Assembly: GCA_965644295.1 (NCBI GenBank) | Contig: CBFFRP010000217.1 | Span: 415,885-479,884, forward strand | DNA length: 64,000 bases | Source: Paraphysomonas bandaiensis | Lineage: Eukaryota > Protista > Chrysophyceae | Direction of reading: 5' to 3' | Part shown: piece by piece, positions 33,599 through 45,200 of the stretch | Numbering within the stretch: position 1 is the first letter of the stretch | Layout of the letters: every line of letters starts with the position of its first letter | Made by a program: the position numbers and the translations under genes | The notes under the pieces: model-generated | Told to the model about the DNA's origin: nothing | The model's input: the letters and a program-made list of their open reading frames with translations, nothing else | Database searches by the model: none

Positions 33599-33812
33599 CA
33601 ATGACCTCCTTTAGGTAATAATATAAATGCATCACAGCTGCAGGTGAAGAGAGATCAGACGCGGTTCAATCATCAATTTGTTTTGCTCGTTGATCATTGG
33701 GTAGGACAGGACAATAATCAATGAGCAAAACAAATTAATGATTGGGCCGTGTCTGATCTCTCTTTACCTGGAACTGTGATGCAATTATATTATTACCTAA
33801 AGGAGGTCATTG
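33599..33812. repeat. 214-bp foldback (~101-bp inverted arms, 12-nt loop); MITE-like or hairpin RNA
   Basis: CAATGACCTCCTTTAGGTAATAATATAA... pairs with ...TTATATTATTACCTAAAGGAGGTCATTG; loop GGTAGGACAGGA. Confidence 0.9.
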
Positions 33813-34566
33813 GGGTGGTCGCTGTAAAGTTATGTATCGAATAATTTGCTTTGCAATCTGTTAGAATTGGACACTTCACTGAAATTAACTTTGCTCTACA
33901 CGTAAACATTAACCTTGCTTTGTTGAACACAGTGCACTTTCAAGATATTATGATTATTAATCTGAACACTTCACTACATATTCATGTAAAATCTGGTAAA
34001 TCATCTGTTCTCAGCAGCATCTGATTATCATATGTTCACCAGTCACATCAGTAACTGAATTTAATTCCAATGTGACTATAATCACCCGTTACACCTATGA
34101 GTTTATTTCACCTATTGCACACTATTAACTACTATATCACATCAGGGGCATACATATTACAAATCTTCCCCTTAATAACCGTTTAATGTCGTCACCTTTT
34201 TGAGTGTTACTTGGAGTGCACTTTACTAATAGTTTTATAGGTACAACTGGAAGTGGTTGATATGTGATGTGCAGCCAAGTAGCCATGATATTGTTTATAT
34301 TATTCATTATTTCTAATATATATGTTAGATCACTAAAAATATTAAAAACCAGTGCCATAATTTTTTATTCAATATCGCGTTGTTAAAGATGTGTAAGTCA
34401 CAGGGTCAAGAACTTTCGTATATGATTGATATATCGCAGAGTATTCAAAAGTCTTTAACACGATTTCATGACACTTGGGAAAGTGAATATCAACATCATG
34501 TATACGTCAAACAAAGTTGCGGGCACTAGAAGAAATACACAATTACAGTTCCTGATGTGGTCAGCT

Positions 34567-35481
34567 TCACATTTCTAAGTCCGCTGTGCATACTACTCTA
34601 CAGTGTGTTGCAATGCTATGACACTTCAGCGCATTTTCATGATACCCTGCACGTTGAAACATATCCACTAGTTCTTTGTTGGTAAACGATCGCGCTACAG
34701 ATAGTATTCCACCATCAAGTGCCAACTCGTTTCCAGGCCTGCTATTATCAAATACACTCAAATAGCGGTACGCGGTGTCCAAATATTTGTTTTGTGGTGC
34801 AGCCAACTGAACTAAACCAACAAGAGATTTCAGGTAATTGGTTCCAACCAAGCGTATAACTGTTGCACCGAATGCTACACCCACATAGCAAGAAAACGAA
34901 CGTTGTAAGTCATTGAATATGAACGCTTTTCGTCCTACTCTGCGGACATATTTCAAAAAATTTACAAACTCTTCATCCGGAAATATGTGATGATTGACAA
35001 AGGTAGTAGTGATAATGTCAAAGCTGTTGTCATCATGACGGATCATATCTTTAACAGGCACGTGCTCAAAATTTATATTCGACGGCATTTTATCAGTCGA
35101 ATACTTCGATTTGAGGTTCATTCTAGCCGTCTGGACACTCAACTCATGAGCATCGAATCCAGTAACTACTGCATTAGGATATTTTTCTGCTAACATAATA
35201 GAAAAATCCCCCCTACCGAATCCGATCTCCACAATGCTGCGTATGTCGCCCTGCAGAGCCTCCAACTCAGAGAGGGTCGCATTATATCCAGCTGGATCAA
35301 TAGCGTTTAGTTGTGAGAGTATGAGCATCATGTCATGGAACTCAGACATGTTGTATCGTCCCTCATAAGGGGACATGTCTTGTCTCTCTAGTTGATATGA
35401 GCGCTGCTGTATGTTCATATATAGATGACTGATATACAGACACAGAGACAGGGGGAGGAGGGTGTGAAGGAGAGGGATCAT
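34567..35481 (-). CDS. Class I SAM-dependent methyltransferase with an N-terminal hydrophobic anchor, intronless
   Basis: Motif I IVEIGFGRG, VTGFD, FDIITTTFVNHH, FNDLQRS, DGGILSVARSFTNKEL. Probable ATG at 35481 (MIPLLHTLLPLSLCLY). Confidence 0.8.
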   Translation of the reverse strand: MIPLLHTLLPLSLCLYISHLYMNIQQRSYQLERQDMSPYEGRYNMSEFHDMMLILSQLNAIDPAGYNATLSELEALQGDIRSIVEIGFGRGDFSIMLAEKYPNAVVTGFDAHELSVQTARMNLKSKYSTDKMPSNINFEHVPVKDMIRHDDNSFDIITTTFVNHHIFPDEEFVNFLKYVRRVGRKAFIFNDLQRSFSCYVGVAFGATVIRLVGTNYLKSLVGLVQLAAPQNKYLDTAYRYLSVFDNSRPGNELALDGGILSVARSFTNKELVDMFQRAGYHENALKCHSIATHCRVVCTADLEM

Positions 35482-35858
35482 CTGGGAAGGGAATGGAAGG
35501 AGGTAGATATGAGGGAGGTGTGTATATGTGTGTCGAGGTGTGTATGGAGGATGCTGAAGGTGCGATTGATACACAGGCTCCTGTGTATGTATGTATGTAT
35601 ATGTATGTGCATACAGCAGTATATGTATGTGTGTATATGTATGTATATGTACAGTACATACAGCAGTATATGTATGTGTGTATGGAGTTTATGTAGAGTA
35701 GATATGCACAGCTATGCATAGTGTACTGCTGTACATAAGTGTATATATGGACATGGGTGTGTATGTATGTCACACTGCAATCTCAGAATATTCCTTGTAG
35801 TACTCTGTATACTCTGTAGTCTGTAACTGTATCTCATATAGATGACCTCACAGCTATG

Positions 35859-36189
35859 GCAGCATGAGATCAATGGAAGCAGCATGAGATCGATGGAAGC
35901 AGCATGAGATCAATGAGATCGATGGAAGCAGCATGAGATCAATGAGATCAATGGAAGCAGCATGAGATCAATGAGATCGATGGAAGCAGCATGAGATCAA
36001 TGAGATCGATGGAAGCAGCATGAGATCAATGAGATCAATGGAAGCAGCATGAGATCAATGAGATCAATGGAAGCAGCATGAGATCAATGAGATCAATGGA
36101 AGCAGCATGAGATCAATGAGATCGATGGAAGCAGCATGAGATCAATGAGATCGATGGAAGCAGCATGAGATCAATGGAAGCAGCATGAG
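35859..36189. repeat. Minisatellite with 20/29-bp units (GCAGCATGAGATCAATGAGATCRATGGAA)
   Basis: Direct reading, ~12 units. Confidence 0.92.
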
Positions 36190-37097
36190 CACTAATGTAC
36201 ACCTCCAGAGAAGATGAGAGGAAGTTTCTGGATGCATGTATTGCCTTTCAGTTTAGTCAACAGTATACTGATGAAGTGAGGAAATGCAAAGGACACAGAG
36301 GGCATCAGTTAGTGCAGTGGGATCAGGAGCAGAGGCACTATAGAGGTATGTATGATTCATATGTATCTGCATATGCTGTATCTTTAACTTCATGTTGGCG
36401 ATATTTAGCAATTGAACGACAGTCTAGTGACTAACGCGAAGTCGGATCAAGATAGCTTTTTAGTTCTCTATATATACAGGCGTACTGTCATTTCTGTTAT
36501 TGTCTTTCACTTTTGTTTAAATTCACGTATATGATGCTGGTTTGTCATACACACATATTTATTCATATAGTTATTGTATCAAAAGTTGTGAATATTTCTG
36601 CAGAAGAGTAGTGTCATATCATTATGTTTTGTTTGTGCTGTAGATGAAGTTGTAATTCGTTTTTTTTCATATAAATGTGCTATATTAAAAGTTGAGTCTA
36701 ATTGACTATTCGATGTATACGGTAAAAGTCATGACTTTTTGTATTTCAAATAAATTAGAATATGCAACACCCATGTAATTCATAATAGCATTTCTCACTA
36801 ACATTAAATCAACCTAGGCCATCTAGCTAGCTAAAAAGCTGAATTTAAAAAGAATTCAATAGACAGTTGCCTATTTTAGTTGAGCATTGTTATTTGTGCG
36901 CAATTAAAAGCCGTGCTTCTAAGGTATTAGAATTCTGACGGTTTCTTGAAGAATACAACAGTGGTTAACAGTATTACATGAACCAATGACATGATAGGAA
37001 GTATTGTTGTGAAACTGAAGTAATTTGACTGTGTCGAAGATTTGAAAATATTGAGTGGTAGCTGAGAGAATATAATTATAGCGAATATCAGAATGTT

Positions 37098-37320
37098 TTG
37101 AAATCAGCAGATGTCAGGTATATATCAACATTCTGCTTGCTCACTGCGCATGCTTTGAGCGATAGAGCGAAAGTGTTTGCACCTTGGTACTTGCGGTGAC
37201 ACACAAGCAGCTTTCGTAGCGCTAAATAGTAGGATATCAGAGTAAGCACTAGTTAGTTATATAATTGCAATGCTAAAATAGTTCTGACCCTAAAGCACCT
37301 ATTGCTAATAATCAGACATT
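37098..37320 (-). repeat. Composite repeat C-A
   Basis: CAGCAGATGTCAGGTATATATCAACATTCTGC...GCGATAGAGC followed directly by an A arm (GCACCTTGGTAC...AAATAGTAGGATATCAGAG). Confidence 0.75.
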
Positions 37321-37741
37321 CTCTACTCTTCTATTACCCCGACTTAATTATAATTTTAATATTGATTACCGTGTGGGTTCAAGTTCAGTTCCATAGTTAT
37401 TTCCAAATCCAAAAAAGTCAAATATTGATATGGTTGGAAACCGATGGTTGTTCAAGTTCGAAGTGAGTACCCCCATAACTCCTTTGTAGCAATATTTGAT
37501 AACATCAAAAATATGGATAATCTGACGGGAAGGTGAAGAAGAAGTGGTTACTTCGGTGGCTGAGTATTTTCTTTCCAATTGTGAAGAGGGGATGTATCTA
37601 GGCTCCGCTTACACACAGAAAGGGAGAAGGGCAGCAAAGGGGCAGTAGTATATATATATAGAAGATGTTAAATGCTTAATAACCGATAGTGATCAATGTT
37701 CGAGTAACCAAGACCACCGCACCGCTTCGAAAATAGTGTTA

Positions 37742-38255
37742 TCACCCTCAACAAAGTCGGACTCGCACCTTCTGGTGGTGTTCTGGGGGATAAGTACCGG
37801 AGAGATTCTCTATGGGAAACTAACGTGAGCCGCAAACATAGTCAGCAAATATTTTTCTGCCCACTCATAGCCGAATGCTTGTGTGGTACAAGGGACACCA
37901 ATAAGTGTCACTTGTTTAGACGTCTTTGGGCCCTGAAGAATAAACAGGCATCCGGGAATGGGACCACCTCAAGGGCATCCGGGTCAGGGTCCACCTGAAG
38001 AGTAACCGGGGTATTGGGCTGCTTGCTGAAGTCAAGCATCCGCGATGTTCACCTTAAGAACTCAGAGCCGAAGTGGCCGCACCTTGGTGCCTGCGGCGAC
38101 GCACAAGCAGCTTCCGTAGCGCTAAATAGTAGGATAAAACAAGTGTGTACTGATTAGTTACAGGTAAAGGTCTAACTAGTTTGTTTATCATTCATTTAGC
38201 TACTAAGTTGGTGCACGTTTATAACGCCTATTGCTAATAATAAGACTTTCAATAT
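37742..38255 (-). repeat. Composite repeat B (37742-38058) plus A arm
   Basis: Full B copy TCACCCTCAAC...GTTCACCTTAAG, then GAAGTGGCCGCACCTTGGTGCCTGCGGCGACGCAC...AACGCCTATTGCTAATAAT. Confidence 0.85.
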
Positions 38256-39284
38256 AGTGTTGATACATGTGTGTTTCCTTTCCAATCACTTTTTCCAAGT
38301 CGTCTTTATAATTCCTTTGAACTGCTTCAGGTGCATTTGTCAGCTGGTATTTATATTTTTCCTCATTAACCATACTTTCATTTACTTGACTCAGCATACG
38401 ACTCGAAACGGATCATATTTTGGTTGTAGTTCTACCGTCCGCTACCATATCAGATTTTGATATTGAGCGCTTAGGAATAAGTAACTGAAACTTAACACCC
38501 ACTCTCAAGTAAAGAAAAGCGTGAGAGGCAGTCTCATAACTCATTATCATGGACTATATTTGTTGTCGTCACTACTACCAATATATATTTTATGATCCTC
38601 GATAAACACGATATTTATATACAATCAATATATTTCAGCCTGTCTAACTTAATTCATATCATTAAATTAGTATAATACTCTCTTGACTGATGTATGCTAC
38701 ATTCAGCAGTTATAATTCAAAAGCAAATTAAAGCTTTTAACTGCTTTACAGCAATTACAGAAGAACATGAAAATATAAACAGCATTCGGTGGCCCGATTA
38801 TTGGCTGAGTTTTTCAAGAATGTTCTAAATATGAACTGTCCAACACGTTGTTGTTGCATCTGGACAGTACCTTGTGATACGATTGTCTGTACTCCGGCCG
38901 GCTACTATTATATATGCTGAGATGGAGACGGGTCTACAATATCTGCAAACCACACACTCATCTGTATTGATTCATTACAACTATGCTACAGTGACAAGCT
39001 GTAGTGATGCACGACTCATACAATATACGCTTGATACTATTTAAAAAATCTCTTTCAGGGTTGAGAATTAATTAACAAAATCTAAAGTATGTGAACCTAA
39101 AAAAATGACAAGCAAGTTGACCATACCATCTACTGGCGCAACAAGCCCATTCAATCGTCGGTAATAATCAGGAGAGATAAGGAAACTATTTGCAAACAAT
39201 CATTCGAGCGATACTTCTATATACCTATCACATCATCACGGATGTGAGAGATAAGTCAATACATTGTTTACACATTGATATATT

Positions 39285-42200
39285 TTAGAGCCACGGCATC
39301 CAGCCTACAAAAAACAATCAATCGGCGCGGGTAAGATCAAATGGGTACCTATGAACATCTGCGCGAGGTTGGCTTCTGCAGTGGCCTCCTCTATTAATCG
39401 GTTCACCTGTCCACTGATAGATAGTGCCAGCATATCCTCTTGCTGCCCGCTAACCCCACATCCAAGCCCAAAGCATGGGAGAGGCTCTTTGCGACTTTGA
39501 TACGCGGCAACTATTCTCGCTGCGTTCGGATGTCTGATATTATACATGCCATCAAGCCGCTCCTTGATAGTCCGAAGCACCATCGCAGCATTCTCGTTTT
39601 CGCTGTCCTCGAACTGGCGGCTTGATTTCTTACTCCTTGATGCCCCAGCACGACTGGTGGTCGTGGAGGACGTGTCTTCTCCCCGTTGTGCATGCCCTCC
39701 TCGCCCCCAGGCAACAGTGGGGTCCCGGATGAATGGTTCCAGTACGCTCATCAGTGTGTCTTTATTCGTGCGCAAAAGACACAGAGAAACCTGAAATTCA
39801 TGACGTGTGTGGTAACACAAAAAATAATAGGCATACCTCCATAGACCTTCTGAAAGAACCCTCCACTCCAGTGAGACCAAAAGCGTCAACCATGTTAGGC
39901 GTTAATCGGAAAGGCACTATCTCTGGACGGGCAAGGCTTAATCCTTTGTCAAATATACAGTCAAAGTCCACATGGACACACTCCGCACTGACAGTATCAA
40001 GCATTATGTTTTCCCCATGTCGATCACCAAGACCTAAAACATGTCCCACTGCAGACCACACTGCACAAGACCTAGTGAAACAAACCCTAGCATCTAGCCA
40101 ATGCGTCGGATCTGAGAACGAACGTATAAACCACTGATGCAGACATGGGCGGTTCCTGATATTAAAGCTTTAATATATGCAGGCAGCAAGATAATACTAA
40201 CTAACTTCTTGAGTGCGACCTCATAGTAGCTCTTCACTAAGGCATCAATATTATCTGCATACTTGCGTTGCATTTCATCTATGCTACTTTTGATGTCTCT
40301 AACGTTAGGAGTAGGAAATCTGGTAGGGTCCGACGCACTGATTTCGTGAATTATATTGCGAAAACCTATTCAAATAAAACCAATCTTATTTCATGTCAAG
40401 TGAATGAACAGTGTCAATTACCAGTTGTGTTCGGAACCCACTCCAAAATACCACATTCCTCGTTTAGACAAACCACGGCATATGTCCTCAGTCTCAACTT
40501 CCTCTTTCGGCTCTCTGGGTCATCTTCCATTAATCTAAGCACACTGCTGAGTGTCCAAGCCTTTCGACACACATATATGTACCTGTTTACAACAGCATTG
40601 AACTCCATCATCCTAGCATCCTTCCTCAAATCACCATTCCTTTCCTGAGTAATCAGTTAATCTTCACATAATCTACTTCACACGATAATTGCCTGCTTTA
40701 AAAGAAAACGAATCGTCTTGCCGCATGTCGTCTCAAGCTTAATGCGTTTCGGCTTGGCCTTAGTCGGCATGACATCAACAATGTCATGAAAGTGGTGAAT
40801 ATATATCTAAATAAAACGAATAAGGTTGCTCGAACCAAAGAACATTGAAGCACCTGATTTGTGGGGAAATACGTCATATCTTCATGTGCCGACGCCGCAG
40901 AAGAGTCGCCAGGTTCCACCAGCAGATCTCCAATATCGGCACCTCCTGTCCCGCGGTTGATCGGTGGGTAACATATCGTCAAACCGGCCTGAGAGGGCAC
41001 CAAGAAGTTTGTAACTGTCACACCCCCCCCAATAGACACTCTGATTTGCCGGCTTCCGGTTTGTTTTTTCGCCACTTCAATTAGGTTATGAAATAAGCTA
41101 CTTGCTTCCATGATCATAGTCTCACTTTTGCGGTTACCAGACTTCAGCAAGTCATTGCCGACAGAGCGCAATATTTTCCCCGCGGATTCGCGTTTTTCCG
41201 CATTCAGGGAATGGCAGAGCGAGGACAGGTACCATATCCCTTGCTCAGGGAAGGCAACAAGCACTCGTACGAGTATATTCTGAATAATTCCAACTGTATC
41301 GACATTATTGTGTCCAATGCGGGAGACTATTTGTGGGAGACATACGAACCATGTATGTGGTGGAATCGTCTGCACAGTGCTTGCCATACGCTTCGTAATA
41401 TGACGAATTACTTTATCTACGTAGCTGCAATACACATAAACACAACTACCAAGTGTGTTTACAACTGACCTGCTTCTTGCACCAGTAGCACAGGGTTTGC
41501 ATGACGTAACATTGAACCATATTGTAAGCATTCGAGGAAGGGCCTGCATCAAATGTTCATGACCGAACATAACACTTTTCATGTACATCTCTAAGGCATG
41601 TACACAGTTTGAGAGATACACATCATCCATTGCAGCATCACTCGTTTCCCGAGGGGTGCCAGGAGAGACAGTACCCCCCAGCTCTTCTCTTCGTGCCTCC
41701 ATAATTACGTTATAATATTGTGCCATTTCGAACACGGCAAGTTCCCATTGATTGTGCAAATCAAGCGCGAGCTTATAACGATCAATGATCGCCCGTCCAT
41801 GGCGCAGATGGCTTGTGGCCATCCACTTGGCTGTCAACAGCAATCGGTGTGCAAAACTATGCTTTTGGTCTTCCGTCATGCTATCCAACACTGTGACCGA
41901 TGGGTCGTTCGACACGCTGCTCTGGCCGCTGCCTTTGTCTTTCATATTCGTAGATTTTATCAGCTGGCGCATTAACAGTACATCCAGTTCCACAGGCTCA
42001 AGTAGCATGAGTGCTCTGTTCGGGTTTCCTGAGTCCTTTACAAGAATACTCTCCTAATCACAAAAATAATGGTTTGACCTACTACCTACGACATAGAATA
42101 CCTGTATTAAAGCCGTTTCATCCCCCAGACCAAACCGTACAGCATTCTTAAGAGCCACACGCGCAGTATCGTAGCGCTCTATCTTGCGCATCATCTCACT

Positions 42201-45200
42201 AAAATGTTATGTATCAAGGGGTATGTAATGAAAGCAATTGAAAATATTTTCACCTGACACAGAGCCAATTCTCTGCAACTTGTTCATACATACCACAAAG
42301 CTGCAGAATACCCCGTCTCAGTGCGAGGACAGGTGCTCTGTGCCTGACAGATGGCGAAAGCATAGCCAACCGTTCCTCCCAACACCAACTGCGTAGTACT
42401 AGGAAGCGTTTCTTGTAGAGGTCTTTCGCGGTCTTGATAGCACTGGTCGAGGCATTGCTGGTGACTGAAGGAACACCAATTGGGCTCGGCGTATGGTGCG
42501 AATTCCGATTACAAGCTGGAGTGGATGCTGGTCCTTGAGAAATTTCAAACTGAGAGGGAACAACCTCTATAGCCATAGAGGGAGAATGTAGGACCTCAAA
42601 GCTACATTCGGCCTCGCGTAAGATATGTAACCGCACCAGATACGGATATGCTCTGTTGTATGACTCCATACATGCAGTAGACAAGCCTGACATCGTCTGG
42701 TATAGAGCATAACTGAAGTTAGCATCACAGTCAAGATCTTCTGACTATCACCTACCTCTATTCTAGCATCTTCAAGAGCAAGACTGAAATTTTTAACATC
42801 ACCACGGTTGAGACACGACATCAAATACCCCACGGAGACCTGAACAAATGATCAAAACAAATTCAACACTTCTGTTTGTACCTCAAATCTGTCATCTTGA
42901 TGAATTCCAATTGGCTCCGTCTCACACTCGCGTCTCCGATCACCATCCATATTCCCTTCGGTTGAAGCCCTAGCGAGCAAGTCCTCACATCCCCCAAGAA
43001 TAACATCCAAGGTGTCCCACTGCTGAAGCTGCCAAGATGCTGAAATTGCCGAAGGTAGAAGAGCCGGAGCTATGTCTGGGATCCGTCGCGTTATGCCCGA
43101 AGCTTGGTCCAGGATAGACTCCAACTGTCCCATTTCAAACAAGCATCGCATTCTACCTCTTTCGATGAATGCTAGCGAAGCCATAAGGGGCTGGTTTTGA
43201 CACATGAGAGCGCCTAAACCTCCTGTATACAGATTATTAATCAATATCGTATTCGATTATCATGACACACCCGACTGGGCATTACGATGTTGCATGTTCA
43301 ACGAATCGTATTCATTAAGAGCCTCAATCCACTGGTCCGTGTGCTCCATTTCCAGAAGACGGTTGTAGGAAGATGACGGATGACCATACACCTGTCGCAA
43401 TTTTTCCACTCCCTGTATACAATTGTGAGCGGCATAGAAGCTCATTTATAGATTAGTTCACCTGCAGCGAATCCGCATCATCTATACGAGCAAAGATTTC
43501 CATCATATAGTCCACCAAAGATACGGATAGGCGTGGTAGCGATCCATTCGCACAATCATTTCTCTTTATCGTAGGTAACATAGAGTTTCGCGTGAATATT
43601 ACTGACTGGGAATCTTCCGTGTCACCCTGGGGTATTGCAGGGATATCTGCAGAACATGCTTTGAAATGCTCCTCCCGGGACAAAATCTCAAAATATCTAC
43701 ACACACATACTCACAAAGTTCAGGGCAACTACGACTCGAAGCACACCTGAGACCTCTAGCATGAGCCCCAATCCTAACAGCTGCCCTTCCAAGAAGGTCT
43801 TTGGGTACTTCTGCCAACATCTCATCTATACACTGCCCGGCCCCCAACCACTCCACACTATTTCCGCAGCTACTCCCACTACCCACCGGTCCCTCGGTTC
43901 TCCAAGCCGCAAGAGTGTCAAGGAGACTAAACACAGCCTGGACTGCCATATGACTGCTGGCATCATGTGCTCGTTTGAACCCAGCCACTGCTGCCTGCTG
44001 AAGAATGTTTCCAACATCCCCACTGGAGGCAGAGGTATTAATACAGCTGTTCAACACAGTGCAAATTTCAAGCACCAATTCATCTCGAATGGCCTGGCGG
44101 TCTTTGATCACATCTTCAGAGCTTGTCTTCTTAGCGCTGTTCCGAGTATTTACCTCCTCTTGACTGTCCCCAGCAGACCGTAGTGGAGGATTCACAAGGA
44201 CATCCAGGATCAAATACGGAAGCAAGAACTGACTCATGTCCACTCTTGTCCGCACGGCCCCACGACATGCTGAAAATACAGCAGCAAAAGTGCCCCGGGA
44301 TTTGAAAAGAAGATATCGACACCATAGACCCAGCCATCGACCAATTGTCATTTTCGGTTTATATATTGGACAAACAAGCTTTGCCGCCTCTTCTTTAAAC
44401 GTATAGTTTGTGCTCCAGTAAGGCAATACATAATCTAAGATCTCTTTCGAAAGAAGCTCATTTCGAAGAGAATCAGGCATAGGGAGATCGGTAGGCACAG
44501 ATAGTGTCGTCCGCAGAGGTGAAGTCTCAGAGTAACTTGCCATTATTCGCAGAATTTGCTGCATATATGTCTGTCACTTCAGACTCTGGGACGTCATGAA
44601 CTTACCTGGATAGCATAACATACTCTGTCCTGCCCATACACATTCGCAGCAGTCATTTTCAGTCCTGGAACAAGCTGTTTTTCTAGAAGCATCATACTGA
44701 ATGAGTATGCGTCAAGTCTCCAAGGGGGTGGATGAGTCAGCTCAGAAATGTTGTCGCTGATGGGAGCAGAGTATGCGCCTCCCATAGTTGGAGAGTTCAG
44801 AACGAATGCTACTTTAGCGGGGTCAAGTGCACCTAACTCTCCCAAGCACTGAGCAATGGCGACTCTAACCTTACTCTCAGACTCCCTTGCACAAAGTTGA
44901 AGCACACACATCATTGTCCGTGAGAGGAGGGACGCTGTGACACCGGTAGATATCTCTGACAATAGCTGATGGCGATGGCGGGAACATAATGCGGTGAGCC
45001 CTTCCAGAGCCATCACACGCAACTGCAGCACACAAATAGTCATACAAAAGTGTCGTTACAATATGAATTACTACCTGAGCCGACTCCAGACGAAGCATAT
45101 CGCATAATTGACTCAGAGAGGTTTCAAATGTCATTTGTCTGAGTTTCAACTTGTGCATATTGCGTGCCCGTGCAAGGCCATCCACACCAGATGGACGTAA

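Noticed and set aside
35363-35773. ORFs rich in Y/T/H/I or C/M/V
   Set aside because: Translation of (TATG/TG)n low-complexity DNA.
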